From positions 24,738,001 to 24,802,000 of the forward strand of contig OZ024758.1 in assembly GCA_964016885.1 (NCBI GenBank): a stretch of DNA of 64,000 nucleotides. Direction: 5' to 3'. The DNA is from Eledone cirrhosa (taxonomy: Eukaryota). This document shows, piece by piece, positions 13,730 to 34,512 of this stretch; the first letter of the stretch is position 1, and each line of letters begins with the position of its first letter. The position numbers and the translations under genes were made by a program. The notes beneath the pieces were generated by a model, which saw only the letters and a program-made list of their open reading frames with translations, had not been told where the DNA came from and ran no database searches.

Positions 13730-14588
13730 AGATAATTATGTGAGGTAAAACCTTTACTGTGAAAATACAATAGTATATATAGAGTAATGTAAATGTTATG
13801 TGAGATATTATGTGAGGTAAAGCCTTTACCATGAAAATATAATAGTATATATAGAGTAATGTAAATGTTATGTGAGATATTATGTGAGGTAAAGCCTTTA
13901 CTGTGAAAATATAATAGTATATATAGAGTAATGTAAATATTATGTGAGATATTATGTGAGGTAAAGCCTTTACTGTGAAAATATAATAGTATATATAGAG
14001 TAATGTAAATGTTATGTGGGATGTTATGTGAGATATGTGAGGTAAATACTTTACTGTGAAAATACAATAGTATATATAGAGTAATGTAAATGATATGAGA
14101 TATTATGTGAGGTAAAGCCTTTACTGTGAAAATACAATAGTATATATAGAGTAATGTAAATGATATGCGAGATATTATGTGAGGTAAAGCCTTTACTGTG
14201 AAAATACATTAGTATATATAGAGTAATATAAATGATAGGTGAGATATTATGTGAGGTAAAGCCTTTACTGTGAAAATACAATAGTATATATAGAGTAATG
14301 TAAATGTTATGTGAGATATTATGTGAGGTAAAGCCTTTACTGTGAAAATATAATAGTATATATAGATAAATGTAAATGTTATGTGGGATGTTATGTGAGA
14401 TATGTGAGGTAAATACTTTACTGTGAAAATACAATAGTATATATAGAGTAATGTAAATGATATGTGAGATATTATGTGAGGTAAAGCCTTTACTGTGAAA
14501 ATACATTAGTATATATAGAGTAATGTGAATGATAGGTGAGATATTATGTGAGGTAAAGCCTTTACTGTGAAAATACAATAGTATATAT
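13730..14588. repeat. ~72-bp tandem array, about 12 units
   Basis: Unit TATTATGTGAGGTAAAGCCTTTACTGTGAAAATACAATAGTATATATAGAGTAATGTAAATGTTATGTGAGA. TGTGAGGT occurs at 13811 and 13883. Confidence 0.95.
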
Positions 14589-14872
14589 CTTGGTTGTCCG
14601 TCGTGAACGATGATGACATCTTCTTTATTTTAGTTCCCGTCTGCCGTGGCTACGAAGGAGGCTGTGGAGGTCGATCCTTGACTTGCTGGTCCGGGGACAG
14701 GGGGGGGGGGGGGGCAGGGGAAGCGACCGGAGTCGCTTGAGGCAGCTGTTGATGCCTTTCTCCTCCTTTCACGGGCCTCAGTGACCTCTGTCCGACTCTT
14801 CTCTTCAAAAGCGTCCCTGGCGCGTCTGGTAAGGGCCCGCCACTCTGTCCAGTCCTGAGCATGGAACTCGAG
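14589..14872 (-). mobile_element. 5'-truncated RTE LINE 3' end with 10-bp TSD
   Basis: Minus strand reads AQDWTEWRALTRRARDAFEEK...RERRRK...RFPCP..CPRTSKSRIDLHS.LRSH. TAGTATATAT is duplicated at 14579-14588 and 14873-14882. Confidence 0.85.
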
Positions 14873-16120
14873 TAGTATATATAGAGTAATGTAAATGGTA
14901 AAGGGTTAAAAGGGAGCCGGAAATAAAAAGGACGGAGGTTATTAAAGGGGAAATTATGTTGAATGTTGGGTTCTTTCTTCATATATTTATGTCTGGACTT
15001 GTTAAACGAGTAAATATAACTATACTAAAACAACCACATACTAGTTCTAGAAACTACTTGTAGTACTACTGTGTGTGTGTGTGTGTGTCCAGTGATGGTT
15101 TGTATATTTGTGTAAGTTATAGGGTATGTGTCTGTCTCTATGTGTGTCTGTGTGTCTGTGTCTGTATTTATTTAAGTTATAGTGTGTGTATGTTAGTGTG
15201 TATATTAGTGTGTGTGTGTGTGTGTGTGTATGTTAGTGTGTATGTGAGTGAGAGAAAGGAGATAGAGAGAGAGAGAGACATTATGTGCGAAAATATATTT
15301 ATGAGTCTGGATGTATATACCTATACATACATTTACGTGTATATATGTGTGTATAGATGTGTGTGTATATATGCGTGTGTGTGGCCATATGTATAAACAT
15401 TTATATACAAGCCTAGGTATGTATTTATCTTTCCATATGAACACACACACACATATCTATATACACACACATATCTATATACACATATACATATATATAT
15501 ATACACACACACACACACATATACACACACATATATACACACACACACACACATATATACACACACATACATATATATACACACACACACATATATATAC
15601 ACACACATATATATACACACACATACACACACACACATATACACACACACACATATATATATATATACATACACACACACATAACTGGTCGATAAGCACT
15701 CAGATAGAAACCATGGTGGTGAAGGTGGTGGTGGGTGGTATTTGGTATGGGAGAAGGAGAGTGGGAAAGTTATAGCAACACACACACACACACACACACA
15801 CATACACACACACACACACACTCACTCACTCACTCACTCACTCTCTCTCTCTCTCTCCAGCGGTGAGGTATCTCTCCAGAGGTGATAGCCAGTGATACAC
15901 TTTAAAGAAAGATCACAGAAGCCAGATGCTTTGACTGCTTTTCACTACCAGAGCCTAAAGATACTATAGTCACTCAGTGTTATATTTTACTCAAATTGCC
16001 GACCATTCGACATGGCGGCATATTAAACTAATGTTTCAGTACATTCACCACTAGTCTAGTATTTAGTATACGACTTTAAATAAAAACGAGGGACGCGGGT
16101 TTAAATATATATATATATAT

Positions 16121-16761
16121 ATCCGGATAAGTTAATTTAGTTATCGCTCGCACTGATTTTAGTCTTTAATGCGAAGAAATACCAGAGAATCAGCAGACTA
16201 CTGATGACGGACTTTTCCTGTTTCTCGGTCCATTTTTATTCATATGTTCAGATTCGTAACAACGCAGCACGCCATTTTTCATTCACATATATTTTCCCTT
16301 CGCTGTGGTTCGTATTTTTTCTGTTACCTTACTGCTTTCCTCTTTCTCTCTCCCCCTTACCCCTTGCTTTCCTCCATTCCCGCTGCTGGTCACACACTCT
16401 CAGCTGGCCCCTTCCTCACACTTTCACTCACTCTCTGTCTCTCTGCTACTCCACCTCTCTCACTTTCTCCCGTCTGACCTGCGTTAATTCTTTCCTCTCT
16501 CACTTTTTTCGTGGCTCGGACTTCTCTGTTTTCTTCTCGTCATTTGATTTGTCGGACTTAAGCCCACAAAATTCATTGACTTGTCCCCCTTTTCCTCTCT
16601 TTACGTTGCATTACTTCCATGGTGTTTGTTCACTTTCCTCTGTCCCGATATCTTAATGTAGTTATCGCTCGCACCGATTTTAGGTATCTAGTCTTTAATG
16701 CGAAGAAATACCAATGAGACTCAGCAGACTACTGATGAAGGACTTTTCCTGTTTCTCGGTC

Positions 16762-16772
<11 letters not shown>
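16121..16772 (+). mobile_element. ~520-bp pyrimidine-rich unit bounded by ~100-bp direct repeats carrying rearranged hammerhead-like motifs (retrozyme/pseudo-LTR-like)
   Basis: AGTTATCGCTCGCAC...ATTTTTATT repeated at ~16139-16240 and ~16660-16772. The body is homologous to ~56910-57355. Flanked by (TA)n. Confidence 0.7.
16668..16750 (+). ncRNA. Candidate non-circularly permuted hammerhead ribozyme (intact copy B)
   Basis: GGTA-T-C (16683-88) | TAGTCT ... GAAA-TACC (16705-12) ... AGACTA-CTGATGA (16726-38)-AGGA-CTTT-TCCT. Stems I and III pair perfectly, but in pseudoknotted order. Confidence 0.6.
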
Positions 16773-16793
<21 letters not shown>

Positions 16794-17179
16794 AGTGGAA
16801 GCTTAGTAAAATCGAAGCTTTGGCTGCGCCCAAGCAAAGCGACCTACCATTAGGAATGAGTAGCAAAGCACTCAATAAGGTCGGGCCTTAGAGTAATAAT
16901 ATACGTTTAGACAGCTTGACAAATTGAAAATTGCGGCAGGTAAACCCAGCCATACGATACCAAAACAACAAAAAAAATACTCAGGTTAGACAACAGACCT
17001 GGACAAATCGAATGATATTCTGCAATACGTTCGATATGTTTCTATGAATCCGAAATCATCACTCCAACTTACGTAAGCTTGTGGTATTCTATGATCGAAC
17101 AGGGAAATCACGTCATCGACAGGTATTTCGTTCTATATATAAGGAAACGAGGTGATTGTTGTCAGATCGGACCAAGGAA

Positions 17180-17326
17180 ATAATTGTTTCTACTTTAGGC
17201 ACAAGGCCAGCAATTATCCAGTGCATTACTGGTACTTTATTTTATCGACCCCGTAAGGATGAAAGGCAAAGTCAACCTCGGATTTGAACTCAGATCGTAA
17301 AGGGACGTAACTATGCTGGAAAGCAA
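17180..17326 (-). mobile_element. SINE family A
   Basis: Core and tail on the minus strand. Confidence 0.85.
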
Positions 17327-17467
17327 GGAAATAATGTTTCCATTGGCCTCTCTGTCGGTCATAACTCCTGGCAGAAGGAGCAGCGGGAAAGTAATTTGCT
17401 CAAAGTTATAAAGTTAACACATCGCCTGATCCTGGAATCGAACCTAAGACCTTACCATCGTAAGTAA

Positions 17468-17811
17468 AGGGTAAAGACCCCCATTGTGTCATGAATGACG
17501 ATGAGATTTGCACCTAGAAAGTTTCCCTCCAAAGCACAAGTCCGGGCGAGGTTGTTTGTGGAAGACCAGCAATCAGCCATGCATACCCCTTCCCCACTCC
17601 ACTCCACGCCATCGATGTTGTCCAAGGGAAAGGCAATGGCTGATACAGCTTCACACCAGTGGCGTTGCAACTAATTTCTACAGCTGAGTGAACTGGAGCA
17701 ACGTGAAATAAAGTGTCTTGCTCAAGAACACAACGCAATACCTGGTCCGAGAATCGAACTTACAACCTCATGATTGTAAGCCCGACGATATAACCACTAA
17801 GCCTTGCGCCT
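17468..17811 (-). mobile_element. tRNA-derived SINE family B, full length
   Basis: Minus strand GGCGCAAGGCTTAGTGGTT...AAGTTCGATTCTC (A/B boxes), TTCTTGAGCAAGACACTT core and ~200-bp tail. Confidence 0.8.
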
Positions 17812-18102
17812 ATACGACTTTGCTTATCATAAATGTGTGTATATGTTTTGTTAACCATCTGAAATCACAAGAGCCGAGGGAGAAATCGAGCCGATTCTCT
17901 TTTCTATGATAGTGCCAGGTCCACCAAAGTCTTATGTTTGAAATGCACTCATGCAAGATTTCACAGTTCTAGCACCAACCCTTCATAATCAGCCTATAAA
18001 CCTTTCGGCCTGCTCCAGTATAAGCGAGCAAAAACATTAGAAAAAAATAAGACATCACCAAATATATTGGTTTCTGGTTTGGAGGAAGAGAAAGTCGATT
18101 AA

Positions 18103-18307
18103 TCCTTTAGCATTTAGTTTACTCTATATTTACTATTGTATCAGAGTAAAGTCTTTACCTCACATAATATTGAATCTACGGGATTTTGATGTTATTTATC
18201 TTGAGAAGAATACCTTGACATTGGTAATAGCGACCGATTATGGATGGTTAAAACAAAAAGAGGTAAGAGAATTCTGACCAGAAACAGCCGGTTTAAATGC
18301 TAAAGGG
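18103..18307. mobile_element. piggyBac-like MITE, degenerate
   Basis: TTAA|TCCTTT ... AAAGGG|ATAA. Reverse-complement homology to 13597-14905 with a single copy of the minisatellite unit. Confidence 0.7.
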
Positions 18308-18330
18308 ATAAAGATAAATCGAAATTTATA

Positions 18331-18448
18331 TGTCGATAAAATAAAGTACCAGTAATACACTGGTATTACTGGTACTTTATTTTATCGACACCGTAAGCAT
18401 AGCTAAACTCGGCAGGATTTGAATTCAGATCGTAACTATGCATTAAAG
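18331..18448. mobile_element. SINE family A core as a foldback
   Basis: TGTCGATAAAATAAAGTACCAGTAATAC-ACTG-GTATTACTGGTACTTTATTTTATCGACA is a perfect 28-bp inverted repeat. Confidence 0.8.
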
Positions 18449-18878
18449 CAGTGGGCAGATAATAGCTGAAAATGATGATGATGATGGTGAAAAAGGTGCT
18501 TAATATTTTATATGCACGCATGCGCATGCGTGTGCATTTATGCGTGATATTTTCGTGCGTGTGTCAGCATACGTGTAATTTTACAACACATATCTTTAGT
18601 TGTATCTATTTGTGCTGAATATGCCAAGTGTTCGTGTTGGGATTATTTATTTAATAGGGTGGGGTGGGGGGGGGGGGCTTCTAATGCATTTATATGAGTA
18701 TTTTCAAGTGCATGTATTTAAACACACGCAATCCTTACACACACACACAAACGTGTGTGAGTGCGTGCATGTATGTATGTAAGTAAGTATATATATCTCC
18801 CTCTCTATTTATATATATAGATATGTATATGTATGTATGTATATATTTATATATATATGAATATATATATATATATTC

Positions 18879-19288
18879 CCGGGAGAGATGACCCCTTAGC
18901 CTTTGTAAAGGCAGAATTCTAGGAGAAGGAAAACTCTGATATAACACCTGCAACTCTGATGGTATCCAATGATGTTGACTTGTTCTTCTTTTTGGTAAAT
19001 ATCATCTTGGTTAAGAGAGTGGGACTGGCTTTGTGCAGTGCCTTTGCTCACTATAAAAGCTTCACGGCACAGGCATTGCTTTATATCTGGAGATCTCTCT
19101 GCACTTGTCGTCACATGGTACCATGGGCCCAGCACTATGTGTCAGTAATTGTCACAGGTGTAGTGTTTGTACCAGAGTTTTCAAGTCACTGGCTGGACTA
19201 AAGTCACATTCGTTCAGCGCATCGGTAGGAGTTCTCCTACATGGATATAAAGTAGTGGCCGTACTCGAAAACGAGTTGGCAGCCACAA
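18879..19288 (+). mobile_element. RTE-tailed non-autonomous element, 5'-truncated
   Basis: Reverse complement of ~2581-2990. Begins CCGGGAGAGATGACCCC. Confidence 0.85.
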
Positions 19289-20421
<1,133 letters not shown>

Positions 20422-20438
20422 GAAACGAAACGAAATAT

Positions 20439-20593
20439 GAAACGAAATTTCATTTGCCACTCTTAGTACGGCTGTTACTTAAATATAAGTATGTACACGT
20501 ACATACATATATGTATACAGACGTACAGTAGTATGTATATATATATATATATATATATACATACATACATATATGTATACAGACGTACAGGAG

Positions 20594-20629
<36 letters not shown>

Positions 20630-21240
20630 CATACATGCACACATATATATATGTACGTATGGATTCACCGAACATTTATTATATTTATTATAATGCTCGG
20701 TGTGTTTGTAAACAAACATCCCGTATTAAGCCGTAGTGTCTAGCAACCATCGCTGCTCGTTTGTTCAACACTGACAAAGGAACGCTGTACTAGTTTCAAG
20801 CTTATTAGCTATCGTCAGCAACGTATACCTTCCTGCCAGATTGTTGAACGTATATACTGACCTTATGCACATTAACGGCTGAGTAGCCCAATTTGCAAAT
20901 CGAGTGGGTTAATCGGCCGGGTGCACCGAAAACGATAAACGGAAAAATTGAAACGAAATTTCATTTCCCGCTCTTCGTATCGCTGTTACTCAAATATATG
21001 TATGTACACGTACATACATATATGTATACAGACGTACAGTAGTATATATATATATATATGAGTACGTACACGTACATACATATATGTATACAGACGTACA
21101 GTAGTATATATATATATATATATACATACATGCACACATATATATATGTACGTATGGATTCACCGAACATTTATTATAATGCTCGGTGTGTTTATAAACA
21201 AACATCCCGTATTAAGCCGTAGTGTCCAGCAACCATCGTT
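20439..21240 (-). mobile_element. ~510-bp unit in partial tandem (1.5-mer) containing a hammerhead; Penelope pseudo-LTR/retrozyme-like
   Basis: GAAACGAAATTTCATTT...GCAACCATCG occurs at ~20440-20751 and ~20950-21238. A hammerhead lies in the unique middle part. Confidence 0.7.
20782..20824 (-). ncRNA. Minimal type I hammerhead ribozyme
   Basis: Minus strand ACGTTG-CTGACGA-T-AGCT-AATA-AGCT-T-GAA-ACTAGT-A-CAGCGT: 6-bp stem I, intact core, 4-bp stem II, palindromic stem III and a GUA site. Confidence 0.85.
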
Positions 21241-26558
<5,318 letters not shown>

Positions 26559-26659
26559 TGGTGGCTGCCAACTCGTTTTCGAGTACGGCCACTACTTTAT
26601 ATCCATGTAGGAGAAGCCCTACCAATGCGTTGAACGAATGTGACTTTTTAGTCCAGCCA
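26559..26659 (-). mobile_element. 3' tail of RTE-tailed element
   Basis: Matches ~2581-2678. Confidence 0.85.
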
Positions 26660-26838
26660 TACATATATACATATACATATACACATATATATATATATAC
26701 ATATATATACATATACATATATATACATATACATATATACATATACACATATATATATATATACATATATATATATACATATACATATATATACATATAC
26801 ATATATATACATATACATATATACATATACATATACAC

Positions 26839-26869
<31 letters not shown>

Positions 26870-26933
26870 CATATATACATATACATATACACACATATAT
26901 ATATATACATATATATATACATATACACACATA

Positions 26934-26967
<34 letters not shown>

Positions 26968-27066
26968 TATACATATATATATATACATATACATATATAT
27001 ATACATATACATATACATATATATATACATATACATATACATGTATATGTATATATATATATATAA

Positions 27067-27587
27067 GGGCAATCACGAAAAAGATAGATGGCACGTCAGA
27101 CCTTGACTGCTGGGGTCGACTAGAAAACCTGAAACTTTACTCACTCCAACGTCGCCGTGAGCGTTATATTATCTGCATGATGTGGAAAATGTTCCATCAT
27201 CACTGCCCAAATGATGTTGGCATCGCCTTCAAGATACACCCAAGGCTTGGGCCCCGTGCTATCCGTCCCATTCAAAAATCTAAATCGCAACTCATAACAA
27301 CAATACGGCACAATTATTTCACCTCAATCGGCCCTGCTCTCTTCAACATCACACCAGGACACGTCAAAACAGAAACTGACCACACAAAATTCAAGAAGTC
27401 TTTGGGCAAATTCCTCCAAGTAATCCCGGACAAACCAGCCACACCCGGATATGTCTCCGCAAACAGTAATTCTCTTCTCGAATGGGCCATGGTGCCCAAA
27501 TCCTGAATCGCCAGGTGGTGCTATTAAGTAAGACATGGCCTGGGCCAATACTGGCCAAAACATTTCAAAGTTATTCAAAGTTAAGTT
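27067..27587 (+). mobile_element. CR1/Jockey-group LINE 3' end (ORF2 C-terminus plus 3' UTR)
   Basis: [24 protein letters not shown]...[13 protein letters not shown]...[16 protein letters not shown]...NSNSLLEW matches the L.L.SL..RR.R / F......L(W/F)N.LP / FK..L pattern. Confidence 0.85.
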
Positions 27588-30136
<2,549 letters not shown>

Positions 30137-31114
30137 TTTCGTTTCTGAATTTGTTTAGCAAGATTCTTTATCTGAAATCGTGTGTTGTGTATGTATTTAT
30201 TTATCTTATTTTATTTTATTTAATTTACTTATTTATTTATACTTCTCTTAGGTCAGTGTTGTTTGTTTGGGTGTTGTTGTTGTTCCACTCATTCTTTCTG
30301 TTTAGCTTTGGTCTTCTAATTTCTATTTCACTGGCCTCTCTGATTTGCCTATCTGCTGGGTCATTCCTATGTTTAGATATTATTCTAATTTCTATGTTGA
30401 AATAGAAATTAGAATAAATTAGAAATTAGAATAAATTAGAATAATATCTAAACATAGGAATGACCCAGCAGATAGGCAAATCAGAGAGGCCAGTGAAATA
30501 GAAATTAGAAGACCAAAGCTAAACAGAAAGAATGAGTGGAACAACAACAACACCCAAACAAACAACACTGACCTAAGAGAAGTATAAATAAATAAGTAAA
30601 TTAAATAAAATAAAATAAGATAAATAAATACATACACAAGCACATAAACACACACTAGTCACCCAGCAGACACAACATTATACACACTAGTCACACATCA
30701 CACATAACACTATACACACACGCAAACGCATGCGCAAAGAAGACAAAATAAAATAAGATAAACAAACAAGCAAATAAATAAATAAATATATAGACAGACT
30801 GAACAAAAAAATGGCGTAGACATACAACACAACAGGAGGAACAATGAATATAACACCACTGACGATGTTGCAGATGTGCAACGAAAGATTTATGTAAATT
30901 ATGTAAACTATATATATATGTGTTTGTCTATATTGTATCTGTATTATTTTTGACCGCCGGTCAGTCAATGGCAACATTGAGGACCGAGTAAGTTAGATCG
31001 CAGATATATATATATAAAAGACAGCGAGAAGCGAAAACCAACCAAACAGTGAGTGTGTTCTGTTATTAATTCTGGCAATATTACGCAAATATGACCCTCC
31101 CCAAATATAACAAT
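30137..31114 (+). mobile_element. Penelope-like element 3' end/pseudo-LTR with an inverted ~220-bp duplication
   Basis: ~30186-30395 is the reverse complement of ~30435-30640, which encodes [31 protein letters not shown] (GIY-YIG C-terminus). Partial hammerhead CTGACGA-T-GTTGCA-GATG-TGCAAC-GAAA at 30859-30886. Homologous to 54531-55460. Confidence 0.8.
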
Positions 31115-31198
31115 ATATATATATACATATATATATATACATATACATATATATATACATATATATATATACATATATATACATATATACACATATAC

Positions 31199-31232
<34 letters not shown>

Positions 31233-31382
31233 ACACATATATATATACATATACATATATATACACATATATATATACATATATATATATACATATACAT
31301 ATATATACACATATATATATACATATACATATATATACACATATATATATACATATACATATATATACACATATATATACAC

Positions 31383-31415
<33 letters not shown>

Positions 31416-31471
31416 CATATATACATATATATATACATATATATACACATATATATATATATATATACACA

Positions 31472-31539
<68 letters not shown>

Positions 31540-31736
31540 TACATATATATACATATATATACATATATATACATATATACACATATATACACATATATAC
31601 ATATATATACATATATATACATATATATACATATATATACATATATATACATATACATATATATACATATACATATATATATATACATATATACATATAT
31701 ATATACATATATATACATATATACATATATATATAC

Positions 31737-31767
<31 letters not shown>

Positions 31768-32200
31768 CATATATATACATATATATACATATATATACAT
31801 ATATATACATATACATATATATACATATATACACATATATACACATATATATATATATACACATATATATACACATATATATATATACATATATATATAC
31901 ATATATATACATATATATATACATATATATATACATATATATACACATATATATACATATATATATACATATATATACATATATATACATATATACATAC
32001 ATATATATACATATATATACATATATACATACATATATATACATATATACATACATATACATACATATATATACATATATACATACATATATACATATAT
32101 ATATACATATATATATACATATATACATATATATATACATATATATATACATATATATATATACATATATACATATATATATACATATATACATATATAT

Positions 32201-32231
<31 letters not shown>

Positions 32232-32367
32232 TACATATATATATACATATATATATACATATATATATACATATATATATACATATATATATATGTATAT
32301 ATGTATATATATGTATATATATGTATATATGTATATATATATATATGTATATATATGTATATATATG

Positions 32368-32424
<57 letters not shown>

Positions 32425-32560
32425 TTATATTTATGTGTATATATATATATATTTATGTGTATATATATATATATATATATATTTATGTGTATATATATAT
32501 ATATATGTATGTATATATATATGTGTATATATATATGTATATATATATATATATATGTAT
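31115..32560. repeat. (TA)n microsatellite switching from TACA to TATG polarity near 32292
   Basis: Simple repeat. Confidence 0.95.
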
Positions 32561-32779
32561 ATTTCGTTTCTGAATTTGTTTAGCAAGATTCTTTATCTGA
32601 AATCGTGTGTTAAAACCGATATTGTTATACTTTAGGAGGGTCATGTTGCCAATAAGAAACACACGCACCAGTTGCTTTCACTTCAATTTATTATATATTT
32701 ATAAATTTACAAATTTACAAACTTATAAATTTCTGGTTGGTTGGTTGGTTCCACAACCAGATAGTTGTTTATATATATC

Positions 32780-32820
32780 GTCATAGCCCTTTCGTCACAC
32801 TCTGTGACCTCTTCAGTGAC
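32780..32820 (-). ncRNA. Minimal type I hammerhead ribozyme
   Basis: Minus strand GTCA-CTGAAGA-G-GTCAC-AGAGT-GTGAC-GAAA-GGGC-T-A-TGAC. Confidence 0.8.
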
Positions 32821-33089
32821 TGGGGATTCCTTTCTTCGTTTCTGTGCCTTTCCTTTCTTCTATCCTACGCCATTTTGTTTCAGTGTGTGTGGGTGTCTGT
32901 GTGTGTTTGTGTTCATTTTTTATTTTTCTATTTATATATATTTATATATATATATTTATATATAACACAAACACACACAGACACCCGGATGTGGCGCATG
33001 CGCAAATTGAGCAGGCAACACACAGACAGAAACAAAATGGCGTAGGATAGAAGAAAGGAAAGGCACAGAAACGAAGATAGGAATCCCCA

Positions 33090-33132
33090 GTCACTGAAGA
33101 GGTCACAGAGTGTGTGACGAAAGGGCTATGAC
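33090..33132 (+). ncRNA. Minimal type I hammerhead ribozyme
   Basis: GTCA-CTGAAGA-G-GTCAC-AGAGTGT-GTGAC-GAAA-GGGC-T-A-TGAC: stem I GTCA/TGAC, 5-bp stem II, very short stem III and a CUA site. Confidence 0.8.
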
Positions 33133-33296
33133 GATATATATAAACAACTATCTGGTTGTGGAACCAACCAACCAACCAGAAATTTATAAGTTTGTATATT
33201 AGTAAATTTGTAAATTTATAAATATATAATAAATTGAAGTGAAAGCAACTGGTGCGTGTGTTTCTTATTGGCAACATGACCCTCCCAAAGTATAAC

Positions 33297-33371
<75 letters not shown>

Positions 33372-33394
33372 GTATATATATATATATCTATATG

Positions 33395-33513
<119 letters not shown>

Positions 33514-33514
33514 G

Positions 33515-33559
<45 letters not shown>

Positions 33560-33562
33560 ATA

Positions 33563-33673
<111 letters not shown>

Positions 33674-34267
33674 GTGTATATATATATATATATATGTGTA
33701 TATATATATATATATGTGTATATATATGTATATATATATATATGTATATATATATGTATATATATATATGTATATATATATATGTATATATATATGTATA
33801 TATATGTATATATATGTATATATATGTATATGTGTGTATACATATAGAAATATATATATATGTATGTACGTATGTGTGTGTATGTGTGCGTGCATATATA
33901 TACATATGTATGTATCTGTATATATACATATGTATGTATATGTATATATATATGTGTGTGTGTACGTCTATGCGTAATTCAGAAAAATAAAAAATACATT
34001 TGTAAATCCAAAAGGAAAATATAGAAAGAAAAAAGGTAACAAAACAAATTAAAGTCTATTTTTGAAAGATTTTTTTCCAAAAGATTTGATATGGGTGGAG
34101 AGAAAATAGGAAAATGCCCTGATTTAGTGAAAAGGTGTTTTCCAGGACGACATTTTAATTAATTTAGTGCCGGGTAGATGGAGCTGTTAACAAATGTACT
34201 GTAAATATTTGCTGACAAATAGGGAAAAAGATATAACTTTCACTAACTACTCCTATTTCTACCACCC

Positions 34268-34298
<31 letters not shown>

Positions 34299-34314
34299 CC
34301 CCCTATATATATAT

Positions 34315-34369
<55 letters not shown>

Positions 34370-34512
34370 TTATATATATATATATATATATATATCCTTC
34401 CCAAGACTGCACCAAACAACATGGACAGTCGATCATTCTTACTAAATTGAAAATTAAAATTATTTCATTTCTATTACTTTTCTACTTTATACACATTCAC
34501 ATTTATCACTTA

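Larger units (their letters stand above)
13597..14905. mobile_element. piggyBac-like MITE expanded by an internal 72-bp minisatellite and a nested RTE insertion
   Basis: TTAA|CCCTTT ... AAAGGG|TTAA termini. Unexpanded relatives at 18103-18307 and 58695-58837. Confidence 0.8.
32561..33302. mobile_element. Inverted pair of Penelope-like pseudo-LTRs
   Basis: ~32620-32882 is the reverse complement of ~33029-33300. Terminus ATGACCCTCCC.AA.TATAACAATAT is shared with ~31091 and ~55391. Each arm has a hammerhead. Confidence 0.8.

Noticed and set aside
15840-15870. Possible micro-exon (CT tract, CAG, then GGTGAG)
   Set aside because: The polypyrimidine tract is a (CT)n microsatellite and no partner exons were found.
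17025-17068. Minus-strand GTGATGA...GAAACATATC, and similar motifs near 7215-7255 and 53490-53530
   Set aside because: Core substitutions and missing stems; cannot be distinguished from chance.
30859-30910. Hammerhead core with 6-bp stem II
   Set aside because: No convincing stem I/III partner, so it is listed only as partial evidence within the Penelope-like element.
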